Of a stretch of DNA of 64,000 nucleotides, positions 24,239-37,405 are shown in pieces (the stretch's first letter is position 1; every line of letters starts with the position of its first letter). The translations under genes were made by a program, and so were the position numbers. Under the pieces are notes generated by a model. The model ran no database searches. It was not told the DNA's origin and saw only the letters and a list, made by a program, of their open reading frames with translations. Origin of the DNA: Callorhinchus milii (lineage: Eukaryota); the NCBI RefSeq assembly GCF_018977255.1, contig NW_024704742.1:61940001-62004000 (forward strand), in the 5' to 3' direction.

Positions 24239-24294
24239 ATAAGAATTATCATATTGCTTTGAGTGAAGAGTACATGGTCAATTGGCGAATCATT

Positions 24295-24485
24295 ATTAGT
24301 CGATTGGTGGATCGCTTTTCCGGGGGTAATAATTCCTTCAAAACAAATAAAAATAATTTGATCACTCAATCCATGACTGTCTGTGGAACACTATTGTGCA
24401 CAATTGGCTGCCACATTTCGCATACAAAATATACAGTCAATTCACTTTACAGAATATATCAAATACAAGGATTATTATTATTATC
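24295..24485 (+). mobile_element. long-form SINE fragment
   Basis: TTAGTCGATTGGTGGATCGC...GGGGTAATAATTCCTTCAAAA joined to the standard body and tail. Confidence 0.7.
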
Positions 24486-25865
24486 ATATATTTTACTGCC
24501 AAAATTTGTCTACACAACCAAATGAATGCATTATTATTACTATTAACCCTATTTTTTCCATCTGCAAGATGATGCAGCAATTATATCACCCCTTACAGAA
24601 TAAGGAAGATAGCATGGTTTCAGAGAGAAACAAAGTTTTCTCCCACCCAATGTTCCTCCTTCATTCAGAAAACAGATTACGTTTGGTCATTCATTTCACT
24701 GCCGTTTGTGGGACGCAAATGGGATGCTGCGATCACCTACAAATACACAATCACTACTTTGAGTCATGCATTGAGATGTCCTCCTGACAGCTTCTCAATA
24801 GCAAATACAAGGATTATTATTATTTTGTGTCTGATGCCTAGGTAGATGGCAGCCACTGTTATACAGATAGCAATGGTACTGAATGATGCTACATTGGAAT
24901 CTAAAAGTGACAATTGGAGGGGGAGGAAGAGAAGGGCTGAACATTGTGATATGTGATGTGTTATTTAACAATATTGAAAAATGTGACCTGATGATAATTA
25001 AGACACTGAACTATTCTTTGAGTTTGCTGGAGGCAGAATCTACCCCCTCCCATCGGCAGCCTTTGCTTTTCAATCGTACCTCAAAAATCTGCAACTTGGG
25101 TTTCAGGCTGGCTCTGATGGCAACACTCTCACCTCTGAGGCTACACTGAATTTTACAGTATACATCATGTGAAACTCTTTAAGACATCATCTCAGCTTGA
25201 AATGTGCTGTATCAAATGCAATGATTATTATTATAACTCCATAAAAACAGGGCCAATATTGGGAGGAGAATTGTTGACATTTTCAGTAAGGAGTAAGGGA
25301 AGCAAAAGCAAGGCAAATTCCACTGAGAGGGGTGCATCATTTTTTACACGTCCTTACTCTGGCATGGCTGCTAGGTGGCCCCTTTGACACACTTGAAGAC
25401 TGCTGGAAAATACAGACCTTTATCAGTATTTATCAGTATTTCTTTATCTTTAGCTCTGAACCCATCCAGCCCTGTATTTCCTGTGTTTTGCTTGCTGGCC
25501 AGCTTTGATCTGTTTATATTCCAAACATATTTCTGTTACTGATACTGCAGGGTACCATTACTCTGGACAGTTAGTAAAAGACACTGTCAGATTGGTGACT
25601 GGTTTTATACTTTATTCTTTTGTTTGTTTTATGGTGAAGGTTCTGTTAAATGTTCAATGAAGGCACCTACAAGCAAAAATGGAAGAAAGAGGGGTAGAAA
25701 AAAGAAGAAAGAACTTGCATTCTTATTGTGCTGCCTTGTTATGTCAAAATGTTTCAAAGGTAGTCGTATGGGAGGAGGAAAAAGGTGGAGGGAACCAATT
25801 CTACTGCTGGCATGCTCATTTGAAGAGAAGGTGCTATGAACAACAATTTGACAAGCTAGAGCTCC

Positions 25866-26050
25866 TCAACAACAACAACAACAACTTGCATTTATACAGC
25901 GACCTTCACGCGGGGCAGCATCTACGGGTGCTTAACAGTGACAGAGCCTGAAGCCGAGCCGGGGGGAGGAAGGGAAAGGTCTTCAGTCGTGATCTAAAAG
26001 AGGAGAAGTTGGCAAGGTGTAGGGATTGGGGGAGAGAGTTCCAGAACTTC
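25866..26050 (-). mobile_element. L2 LINE 3' end fragment
   Basis: (AAC)n-TTGCATTTATACAGCG...GAGAGTTCCAGA. Confidence 0.7.
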
Positions 26051-26084
26051 GTTTTGAGAGAAGACAACTTCTCTATGATGGGAC

Positions 26085-26405
26085 CTCATAGAGAGATTTA
26101 TAAAATTTTAGATAAGATTGTAAAAATAAACCCAGAACAATACCTTACGCTATACCAAGACAGTAGAACAAGAGGACATAGGTTTGGAGTTGCAAAGGGC
26201 AATTTCGGGACAGATACCAGAACATTTTACTTTACTTGGATGGTAATTAATGACTGGAACCGGTGTCCAGTAAGGGTGGTTGAGGCCAGGACACTGGACT
26301 CATTTAAAAATCAGCTTGATGTTGGGTGGATGATTGACGGGCATTCTGGAGGAATGAGACTAGGTTGAAGGGCCGAATCCAATCAAAGCCAATCTTATGG
26401 TCTTG
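26085..26405 (+). mobile_element. CR1 LINE 3' fragment
   Basis: Peptide YKIL...RTRGH..V.KG...FYFT..VINDWN..P..VVEA.TL.SFK.QLD typical of the CR1 ORF2 C-terminus. Confidence 0.8.
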
Positions 26406-26879
26406 TTATCAGTTCCTTGGTTATTTAGTATTGAACTATTTTTGTTCAGTTGGCAACAGAAAAAATATCCCAATCATAATGTTTAGCAAAATAATGATTA
26501 TCTCATTATCCAAAACAGCATCAATTCTGAAATAAAAATTCAGATTATCCAATAAAATAGTTTCAACCTGGCCTGTGCTGTTTGTCAACTGCTCTTGGGC
26601 AGACCTTGTTAAATACAATTTCATTTAATGTATAGAAATAAATTTGATGGGATAGAAATAAGAAAGAATAAATACCTCGTGAATAATTGTTTCATTCTGC
26701 ACTGATAGCTATTTGTTCCTCATAATTAAATTGTGATAAATATAGGCAGCTAAGTCTGTTATTTGACCACCATTAATGGAGTTGTGTTTCAATTCCAATT
26801 TATACCACTCTACAAAACTGCTCAATTTGAAAAGTTCATGAATAAATCCTATCTCTTTGAATAGAGTCTAGTCTGAAAC

Positions 26880-27195
26880 TCCAATACAGTGCCGGGGGAA
26901 CCCTGCATTATTCAATAAGATGTTAAACTGAGGTCCCATCTGTTTGTTCTGGATACTTGAACTCAAAATGAGAAATGGTGTTTCTCCTGGTGTCCTGGCC
27001 AAAATTCCCACAAAATAAAATTGGTCATTCACTTCATGGGGATTTGTGGGACTTTATTTTGCATAAATTGGCTGCTGCCTCCATGTACAAAATGCACAGG
27101 TACTACATTTTACAGTAAATCTTGTTTAGTGCTTTCAGATGTCCTCCCAACATGAATGCGCTATATCAAATGCAAGGATTATTATTGTTATATTA
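26880..27195 (+). mobile_element. old Deu-domain SINE
   Basis: GATGTTAAACTGAGGTCCC...CCTGGTGTCCTGGCCAA...CAAATGCAAGGATTATT. Confidence 0.7.
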
Positions 27196-28839
27196 TGAAT
27201 ATTTGTTTCAACCATTTTCTTTTTTCATATGTTGAGCGCTTGAGGGTTGATAATTATGTTTTGTGGTCTTTAATTAATACATTGTTGAAAAAAGGGTCAG
27301 TCGACGACTAAAGGCAGCGACCTGTGTGCAGGTTCGATCCATCTCCATTAAAATGGTTTGGTCTGAAGCCAGCCATTGCTTTGCATTGGTTAACAGCATA
27401 CAGCTTGAATTCTGATTTAGTTGTTTGGGTTAAACCAGTAATATAGGGTGAATCAAAAGTCCTCACTCAAAGGTCTATATGAGATGTTCAAACTGCATGG
27501 CATGTAGATCTTTACATAGATCAATTTGGTAGCAAAAACTTTTACAAACGCAATGAAAGACATCTTCTGTAATAGCTGCACACTCTACAAATGTTGTCTT
27601 AAAAGCAGAACATAATTAATAATTTAACACTTTATCAGTAAGGACTTCTGATTCACCCCTATAATGGGAGATTAACATACGCTGGTCACCAGCAACCATT
27701 GGTACATTTACTAATAAGGGAGAATAATTTATTTTGTCTTTGTACGTAGATTTGGCCCTTTCTTTTAAAAAGGCAAACTTTTACGAATTTCACATATTAT
27801 CTCATACTATCCGAGTTCATATTACTTCAGCTTTCCTACTAGATTTTCCATTCATCCTAAATGCTTACCACTTTCCAGAATACAGAAAACTAAGCAGAGT
27901 GATAATGGTCAGCAAATGGACCGTTAAAGTATACAAGTCTTAAAAACCTGCTGAAATGCCCTGATTTTCAAACAGTATTGAGCAAAAACAAAATTTACCC
28001 TTTCTGTTTTTTTCCACTATCTCTGTCTCTTTTCTGACCTCTGCATGACATTGCTGGCTGTGCAGTTTAACTATCATTACATGATACTAGATGCAGGGCA
28101 ACAGATTAAATGAGATCCTTGTTAACAGAATAACATGGCTGGAATGAAACAATTCAATTCACTCATGTTTAAAAATACACAATTAGACGCGGTATTATCT
28201 AATTTGTCACGGACCACTGTGCTCCAGCCTGCAACAGCAGAATGAGATGTTGGACTCTGATTAGAGAAAGCCAGGGATAGCAGGCACAGTTGATGCCCCT
28301 TAACACATGAATCTTGTTCCCCTAATCTCATTTCTCAGATAGTGGGAGACAGAAATGCTCCATTGCCTACTAGCTGTCTTCAGTCATCCCTCAGGGAACT
28401 TTGCCAAATAATAGCAGCCTTTACAAGTCAAGATTTGTTTGTGTCGAGAAAGGTTTTTTTTGCACACGACAGCTGACTCACTCTTGCAGAAGCTTCATTT
28501 GGAATAATTACATAAACAAGAGGATGAATTGCAGTAAAAGGATAAAAGGTTCATTCAGAAACTTAGAGAGTGGATTTTAAATAGAAACAGTTTCAAACAC
28601 TTAGTGCAAAAGAGTGGAACCATGAGTAGCCCCTCTTAAAAGGGTTGGCGCCGAGCACCTCAGGCAAGTTAGCACTGTTGTGCCTGTATGTCCTAACTTA
28701 GTTCAGTCAATGAGCACTTTCAATGCATTTCCAAAGTGCGCAAAGTAATTTGATTGGAGCGATTTTACCAATCTAGCAATTCTGGGTTAGGAAGGGGATG
28801 TGGAGTGGGGGTGGGGGGAGTTAAGATTTGGCCCCAGTT

Positions 28840-29150
28840 TTCTCCCATCACCACACTGACCAGGCCATTCCCTTCACTCAGCAAACACTGGCCTGTTTCA
28901 TGTCCTCTGCCCTGTCTGCGCTACCGTTGGCGGGCAGGCTATCAACCTTGTTGTCCCCATTCTCTGGAATTCAGAGTCCCTCCGACTTGCTCCCTCCTGC
29001 ATTTCAAGGCACATCTCAAAACATACCTCTTTGACTATGCTTTCAGTTATCATACTCCTCTCCACCCGACCCCCAGCTGCCCAACCTCAGCTCGTGTGAC
29101 CATTCAGCATTGGCAAGCACTTTGAGACATTCTCCTGATGTGAAAGACAT
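28840..29150 (+). mobile_element. degraded L2 3' fragment
   Basis: CTCTGGAATTC...TTCAAGGCACATCTCAAAACATACCTCTTTGAC (FKAHLKTYLFD). Confidence 0.65.
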
Positions 29151-29255
29151 TCAATGTAAACTGTGTGGTATCGATTGATTACGTTATACTGTTATTCTAT
29201 AAAGACCAGTTAAAGCACAACAACATAGTGCATTATAGTGAACCCTAACCAATCA

Positions 29256-29463
29256 GACACAATTTTGCACATAATCACAATAAAGAATAATGGTTTTCTG
29301 TTCAACCAGGTTTCCTTTGTCTCATACTGGAGAATGATTCCTTAGAAAAGTTGAGGAAAATTGACGTAGACCTTAATTCAATCATTCTCCAGTGTGAGAC
29401 AAAGGACACCTGGTTGAACAGTAAACCATTATTCTTCACTGTCATTATGTGCAAAATCATGTC
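29256..29463. repeat. inverted repeat, 84-bp arms, 40-bp spacer
   Basis: 29256-29339 vs reverse complement of 29380-29463: 8 mismatches, no indels (manual alignment). Confidence 0.95.
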
Positions 29464-29924
29464 CAACAATCAGCCCAGCCAACCATCTGATGATGGATTA
29501 TAAACAGGTAGCTAATCACCTGTACTGTCCTATCACATTGCCACAGTTTCACTTTCATCTTCACTACCTCCAGCAGTCAGGACCTCAATCCATCAGAGGC
29601 GACACCTTTCCCCAGGTGGCTTTGATACCTCAGCCATGGGTTTAAACTAATGGTAGCACTGGTTTTCTATCAGCCCTAGCTATTTCAAGTTACATGCAGA
29701 TCCACAGAAACAGGCCATTCAGTCCAAACAGTCTGCAACGGTGTTTATACTCCACTTGAGCCCCCTTATTCTCTTACATATGTATGAAGTTGGATAATCA
29801 GAGTAAGCATTGAATATTCACTCAGAATCTAATTATTGTGTTTTCATTCTGTAACTCCCTTCTATTACATGAAAGATGCTATAAAAAGCTAAATTGATGT
29901 CAATTCAGGCACCATGTTTGGATT

Positions 29925-30190
29925 CTGTTAAACCGAGGTCCTATCTGTCTGTTCAGGCAAACATTCAAAATCCCATAGTATTATTCAAAAAGAGAAAGAG
30001 ATTTCTCCAAGTGTGCTGACCAACAACTGAATTGGTCATTAACTTCATGGCTGTTCATGAGACATTGCCTTGAGCAAATTGGCTGCTGGGTTTGTCTACA
30101 AATACACAGTCATTACACTAAACAGTAAAATTCTGTGAAGTGCCTTGAGCTATTTCAATGATACGATAAGGTGTTATATCCAAAGGAAAG
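29925..30190 (+). mobile_element. old Deu-domain SINE fragment
   Basis: GTTAAACCGAGGTCCTATCTGTCTGTTCAGG core and tail. Confidence 0.65.
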
Positions 30191-30739
30191 GTTAAATGGT
30201 GGGTCTATATACTGTTTGCTAAAATAGTCACCTTTTCAGAACATCTTCATAATAGGTGATTCAATTGAGCTAAACAAAAACAAAGATCCCATTTGAAGAC
30301 CCCGGTGTATGCTGAACTGGCTGACCCAGCCACGCCTGCAGGTAGGCCTGAGCTGGGGGGGTGAAATCAACCAATGGTTCCTGCTCTTAATTGCTACTTG
30401 ACTGCATTTTCATCAATGTAATAATTAACACCAGTGACAGCTTCACATGCCTACACTTTGACCCCATCGACTAAAAATGTCATAACAAGGGAGCTTGATG
30501 TCAGGTTTATGTTGTTGCTTTGAGCAGGAAAACTAGTTATGGATGGTTCTTGATGCCTTTGGAAGTCTTAGCCATTGTACTTTTTATCTCACCTCTAGAC
30601 GCAGCAGTCTACAGAAGGGTCAGGGTAAATGATCTCTCTGGCTTCCAATGGGGGGAACTACAAAGTTTTTTTTCTGGCTTTGGGCAGCTTAAGCTTTCAT
30701 TCTTGCCCACAGAGTCAAAACAATGTGATGCTACAGACG

Positions 30740-30945
30740 AGGAAACAGGATGAGGCCATCCAACCCATTGAGCCTTCCCACCAGTTTATTAGCTCTTGAC
30801 GAATCTTTTAAACCCAATGCACTGCTCCTTTGTCATACCCATTAATATGTCTAGTACCTAAGTATCTATCTCTCTTAAACATCCCCATTGATACTGCTTC
30901 CACAATATTCTGGGGCAGAGCATTCCACATCTTCACTCCCTCTAT
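30740..30945 (-). mobile_element. CR1 LINE 3' fragment
   Basis: Minus-strand peptide VKMWNALPQNIVEAVSMGMFK..RYL. Confidence 0.75.
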
Positions 30946-31477
30946 GCTACACAACAATGCCAAATGTACTGACTGCACAATCCATTTTCTTGTGCAAAAC
31001 AACTGAGGCTAATTATACCAATTAGTCAAAGGCAAATTGAACAAGAGATGACTATCAATTCCAATGTGTAGCCCAGATGAGGATGACCTCAGGCTGCACT
31101 GTAATGCATTGAATAAAGTAATGGAGTCAGGAAAAATAATTGGATGGACTATCTGTTACAGGTCTACCAGATGGTTTCTGGATATATTAAATTGATGGTG
31201 CAATCAGTAGCTTTCCTTAAAAAACAGACACTTTGTGATCTACTGGCTGAATTGCAATAAATGCAATGGACAAATCTATTATGCACATTGTCTTGTTAGT
31301 AATAGAGGTGAACAGGCTTCAATGTGATATGCTCTTTCTATACAACTGCTGGGGGATTTTCCTTAAATAAGCCAATCTATTGTGTGTGATGTTATTAGCC
31401 AGGTCACAGCTGCTTTGGTTAAGCAAGAATGGGTGAAAAATAATATATCTTATACCAGATTTGATATCATAATTATA

Positions 31478-31805
31478 TAATAATACTTGTATTTTATAGA
31501 ATGCCTTATCAAGTCATTGAAATATCTTAAAGTGTTTCAAAGGATTTACTGCAATTTCTGTGTAATTTCTAGGTGAATTCGGTAGCCAATATGTGCCCAG
31601 CAATGCCCTACAGTAAGTGAATGACCAATTTTATCTGGGGGACTGGCTTAGGACACTGGGAGAAACTCCTGTCTCTTTTTGATTAATGCCATGGGACTTT
31701 TATCGTCCACCTGAACTAGCAGATGGGACCATGGTTTAACATCTCACCCAAAGGACATCATCTCCGACAATGCAGCACAACTCAGTACTAAACAATGTGC
31801 TCAAA
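31478..31805 (-). mobile_element. old Deu-domain SINE
   Basis: TGCCATGGGAC...TCCACCTGAAC...GGTTTAACATCTCA...CTCCGACAATGCAGCAC. Confidence 0.7.
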
Positions 31806-32864
31806 TTCCTTATCACATTGAATCTGTTAAGAAATGGTAGAATTCCACCTGATAATAATCAACAGGTTTTAGGTACAACCTTCTCCTATTGTAGTTACAG
31901 TTGCTGGACCTGAAACCTATTATCAACATTGTTTGAATGCCATCTTGGATATTGTCTTGAGTCCTAGCAAGCCAAAAATATGTTTAATCCTCCTCATAGG
32001 CGGCTTGCCTTCAAGCATATCATCATCAGATTAGTTTGCCCTTTATCAGCAACACAGTATTTTGCACTCCTTCCGCTTTTTTCCTTCACTTCTGAAGAAT
32101 AGGCCCTGAGTTTAACTGGGTTATTGTGGTATCGGCCCAAAGGTGGGATGAAAATTTATCCAATTGTATAATCCAAGTGAGACATAGGTGAGAAAAATGT
32201 GACATTTCAGAACAGATTCAATGACATATGGAATGTTACATTGTGTACCCCATCACATAAGTATCCCATTAGGCTATGAATTACACCATGTACTAACCAC
32301 GAATATTACTTGAGCTGCATGTAATACCTGCTCAACTTCTGTTGTTGTGGTGGTTGTTTAGCTACATGTTCTCTTAAATGCTGCTTGTTGAAAGACTGTG
32401 AATGTAAAGTCATGGAAATTCCCAAAGTTACGTTTAATTTATGCAATGGACTTTATGGCCTTATTCAGCACCCCTCTCTTATATTGTAAGGTTATTAAAC
32501 ACTGATATTAATGCTCTCACCACCTTCCACACCAACCAGCCCTTTGACCCATGTTCCAGATACCCCCAAAATACCTGATGGTAAGTGGGTCACATTTGAA
32601 GAGATTTGGCAAGTTCTCTTTATTTTTTTGTTCGCTTTATTGTTTCATTTTCTATTTTTTTATGTTTCCCCCTCCATCAAACAATTCCCCTCATGTTTCC
32701 TTAGCCCTTTTATGGGTAATCGCAGCTTAACTAGATTCCAGGGAATGAATGCCCTGCTGCAGTATTTGATTTGCATCAGTGGCTGCTGTTGGCAAATATG
32801 TTCCTACATCCCATAGAACACACTGCATATAGAGATTTTACTCAATATCAAGTGCCCTGTGATA

Positions 32865-33030
32865 ATATAATAATCCTTGCATTTTACATAGCAACTTATC
32901 ACGTCCTTGAAACATCTCAAAGCCCTTCACAGACTACATTGTAAAGTGGATTGACTGTGTATTTTGTGGGCGAAACATGGCAGCCAATTGCCCACAGCAG
33001 TGTCTCACGGTCGTGGATTGAGTGACCATA
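32865..33030 (-). mobile_element. SINE 3' half
   Basis: TAATCCTTGCATTT...GTGGGCGAAACATGGCAGCCAATTG...GTCGTGGATTGAGTGACCA. Confidence 0.75.
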
Positions 33031-33614
33031 TTTGGTACATGGTATAATTTGTGTACTTAAAATATGGCAGCATCAGGTCTACTTTGTTGTCAGGATTAAA
33101 CATCAAAAGTCAGGATTAAATGATAAAGTGTTACACATTCATGATCCTGACACCTTACTTGAAGGGACACATTTTTTTCTGTTTGGAAAGCAGATGTTGT
33201 TCTCAAAGTTTTCTCCTCCCCTGCATCCCACACACACACATCTGGGAAAGTGTTCTGAGTTGCCAATCACCCTTTAGAGAACTCCAGATGGACAAACCTG
33301 CTGAATTACCTGCACCGTTTACCTTTTTTAAAAACTGCTGCATTGCAGATTACATTTATACTTTTCAGCACATGTTGATTCCTAATGATGATGATGTTCA
33401 GAGTAAAAACAAGGAGTGAGAACAAAAGGATAGGCCCAGGCGTCAGCCTTTGATATTTAAGTGCCAATGTATCCCTGAAACTGACCTTCGGAATGTAAGG
33501 TAACAACTAATAGAGGTTCAGAGATTTGTGCGTGTTTGTCCCACTCATACCTGAACAATTTCAGTACTGTTGATTTAATAATCCTTACATTTGGTATAGT
33601 ACCTTTCATAACGT

Positions 33615-34047
33615 TAATTCAAGATCCTCATCCTCACCTACAAGGCCATTCACGGCCTTGCTCCCTCCTACCTCTCCGACCTACTATCCCCCTTCTTACC
33701 TGCCCGTACCTTCCATTCCTCTGGCTCTGGTCTGCTCCACATCCCCCATCCTAACCGCCCTACCATCGGTGGCCGGGCCTTCAGCCTCTCAGCCCCGAGG
33801 CTTTGGAACTCCATCCCCCAGTGCCTTCGCCGCTTCCTCCCTTTCCTCCTTCAAGGCCGGTCTCAAGACCTTTCCCTTTGACCGTGCCTTCAGCTCCCCT
33901 CTCGACTCTCTACCCCCTCCTCGCTCCCTCCCTTCCCTCCCCTCACCCTGACCATTTCCCCCCTGCTCGGGTCCTGACCCAACTGTCCAGCGCCTTGGGA
34001 CATCCTCCCGACGTGAAAAGCGCTCTATAAATAAAATCTTGTTGTTG
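33615..34047 (+). mobile_element. L2 LINE 3' fragment, family A
   Basis: Near-identical to 60440-60890 and to the reverse complement of 22650-23070; (TTG)n tail. Confidence 0.9.
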
Positions 34048-34094
34048 ATGAATGGGCTTTTAGCCACTGCACACTGAAATCTTGTTGTTGTTGT

Positions 34095-34440
34095 TAATGT
34101 GAAGTGACTTTGTAGTTGTTGATGAATTCGGGAGCCCAGTTGAGCACAGCAGTGTCCTACATACAGCCAGGAGATAAATGACTATTTTTATTTGTTGAGC
34201 AGGACATTGAGAGAAACTTCCTTCTCTTTTCGAATTAGTGCCATGTGATGTTTAATGACAACCTGAACCTCGGTTTAACATCTCATGGAAAGGATGGCAC
34301 CTCCAACTGTACAACATACACCAGCACTGCCTTAGAGTGTTATCCTAGACTATGTGAGTTCAAGTCCCAATATTAAGCCTTAAAGCCACTTCCATCTGTC
34401 TGAGAGGCAAAACTGCTATGAACTGAGCCAGAATGACATA
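34095..34440 (-). mobile_element. old Deu-domain SINE
   Basis: CCTCGGTTTAACATCTCA...GGATGGCACCTCC core and head remnant. Confidence 0.7.
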
Positions 34441-34644
34441 CTTGGTATGCCACATTGTATTCTGCTGTAAGAGTTGATTTATAGACTGTTTTATTTTCAC
34501 CAACACACGTTAATAAAAGAGTTAGCACAAATATAGTACTTTTGCCTACAAATACACATTCACTACACTTGATACTTTGAGACATTTTGAAGTGATAAGT
34601 GCCTTTTCAATTGAGAGAATTATTATTACTAAGAAGTGGAGAAG

Positions 34645-35165
34645 AACAACAACAACAACTTGCATTTATATAGCGCCCCTCGCCCAGGGTAGGGTCCCAG
34701 AGTGCTTCACAGTGGCGGAGCATGATGACAAGCCAGGGGGAAGTGACAGTAGGTACAGTTGAATAGAAAGGCTTGACCTGAAGATAGGGAAGGAAAGGTC
34801 AAGGCAGAGGGATAGAGAAAAAGTGTTCCAGAGTTTCAGGGTGCAGTGGCTAAAAGCCCGTTCATCAACAACAACAAATAACATTTGTATAGAGCCTTTC
34901 ACATCAGGAGGACGTCCCAAAGTGCTGGGACAACAATGGTGTAACGGAGGGTACGAGGGAAATGCAGAAGGCCGGAGCCAGTCGAGCAGAGGCAGCGGGT
35001 TATAGAGTATAAGGAACTCGATCCGTTCGACGATAGTGAGCCAGTGGAGCCTGGCTAGAACTGGTGTGATGGTGGTATGCGTGATCTTGTGCAAGGTGGA
35101 GCTGGGGAGACCAGCAAAGAGGTCATTTGAGAAGTCGAGTTGGGAGGTGACAAACAAGTGTTTGG
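34645..35165 (-). mobile_element. degraded L2 fragment with a second L2 3' end nested at ~34867-34990
   Basis: Peptide FVTSQLDFSNDLFAGLPS...ITPVLARLHWL...RAFSHCTLKLWN; two (AAC)n tails, at 34645 and 34867. Confidence 0.8.
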
Positions 35166-36295
35166 ACACATTGAAAGAAGACTGTTCACTGAAGATTTGT
35201 TGTAAAGCTGCTGACAACAAAATTAGTCTATAGTAGTTATACCTCGCAGGTATTTGACTCTGGCGTTTAGTTTACATGATGCACAAGAATTATCATTTAT
35301 TATTATTAGTAATAACAATGCTTACATTTGATATAGTGCCTGCCTTTCAAGTAAGAAGAATATCTCAAGGTGCTTCACAGGATATAATGTAATTGTAGCG
35401 ATTGTGTGTTTTGTGGGCAAAAGCAGTAGCTAATTTGTACACACATCTGAGAAGTGAATGACCAATTCTATCTGGGGGATTTTTGACCAGGACCCCGGAA
35501 GAAACTCCCTTATCTTATAAATCAGCACCAATGCTGTTTGATAGCCAATGCTGCAGGTACTAGGAGAAGTCTCAGACAGATGCTACAGAATGACGGTCAT
35601 CTTCAAGACTATTATAAGAATAACACAAAATTCTAGACATATTTAATCCTTAATTTAGTTGTAACTATTTAAAACTTTTTGCCATGAGATTAAGTTGGGT
35701 AGAGTGAAATGAACAAAAAAGTACTCCTCCTCCTCTCCCCCAAAGAGGATAGTCACTAGTTGGTCGTTCGACATCCAACAAGCGTGGATTTTCAAACAAT
35801 CCAATTGTTTCAGTGGCACAATCACATTTAAACTAACATGCAGCAATCGGTAATAATAATAATAATAATAATAATCAGCATGCAGCAATCAGTAATTCAG
35901 GAGGCAGAGACAACTTTGTATAAAGGGCATTTAGCAAAGAATTCGACAAGCTCAGGCAAAGAAAGGATATTAGAGGTTTCAGGGGATAGAGGAGGGAATT
36001 TGGTTTTGGATGAATGGCTTCTTGGAGAAGCAAACACTGACATGAAAGAATGGGCTGAATTGCCTCCCCTTGTGTGGTCCATTTCTATTATTCTATGTGA
36101 TGTAAAGGTTACTTTCAGTTACACAAATGGTACAATATGCAGGTGATTCAATTTTTCAGACAGGAAATAGTTCGAGTTGGATGCTCAATACGGTTAATCC
36201 TTGATCCCAACTCGTCTACATAAGCAGATCTGTGGATGGGGAGTAAAGTGTTTTCTTACAGTAACAGTCCTAACACTTATAGTGTTGTAGTGCCT

Positions 36296-37405
36296 CAACA
36301 ACAACAACAACTTGTACTTATATAGCGCCCTCCATGCAGGGTAGCATCTCAGAGCGCTTAACAATGGCAAAGCCTGACTCCGAGCCAACGGGGAGGAGAC
36401 CGTCAGCACGGTCGAAAAGGAAGGTTTTCAGGCGGGATTTGAAAAAGGTGAGAGAGGGGGCAAGATGGAGGAAGAGTGTTCCAGAATTTCGGGGCACAGT
36501 GGCTGAAAATGCAACCTCCAATGGTAGAGCGAAGGGTGTGAGGGACAAGCAGGAAGCTAGTGCCAGTCGAGTGGAGGCCCCGGGTGGTGAACTGGGGAGT
36601 GTGGAGTAAGTATGCAGGCAGCAGAGTTCTGAATGAGCTGGATTTTTTGAATAGTGGAATAAGGAGTGCGTTTGAACAATTCAGGCGGGAGGTGACAAAT
36701 GCATGTATGAGGGTTTTGGCTGCATTTGGGGTAATGTACGTTCAGAGGCGGGCAATGTGATAGAGGTGGAGGAAGGTGGTCCTGGTCAGTGACCAGGTGT
36801 GGGGAAGAAAGGACAGCTGGGGGTTGAACCGGACACCTAGATTGCACACTGGTTTGGTAAGTCTGAGGGAGAGCCCAGGGAGGTTGAGGATTTCAGATCC
36901 GTAGAAGTGAAGACGTTAACGGGAGCCAAGGAGTGTGGCTTCCATCTTGCCAACATTCAGCTGCTGGACGTTTGCATGCATCCAGGCCCTGATGTCTGCC
37001 AGATAAGCTGATAGAACATCGGTGGAGCTGCAGTTGATACTGAAGGAGGCAAAGTAGATTTGTGTGTCATCTGCATGCATGTGAAAGTTTATCCTGTGTC
37101 TGCGGATGACTTTGCTTAGAGGGAGCATATAGATGAGGAAAAGAAGAGGGCCAAGGATGGAAGAGGGTACCCCACAGGGGACTGGGCGGGGGCAGAAGGA
37201 GAAACCATTTGCCAAGAGGAAGTTGAGGCAGTTGGTTAAGTAGGACTCAAACCATGCGAGTGCAGTCCCACTAAGGTGGATGAGGGAGGAGAGTGGTGGA
37301 GGAGGATGGCGTGATCGACTGTGTCAAATGCGGCAGAGAGATCCAAGAGGATGAGGAGGCAGAGGGAGCCCTGGTCATGCGGACATCGTTTGTGACTTTG
37401 TCAAA
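36296..37405 (-). mobile_element. L2 LINE fragment with decayed reverse transcriptase
   Basis: GVPSSILGPLLFLIYMLPL...FHMHADDTQIY...QLNVGKME; frameshifted; (TTG)n tail. Confidence 0.9.
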
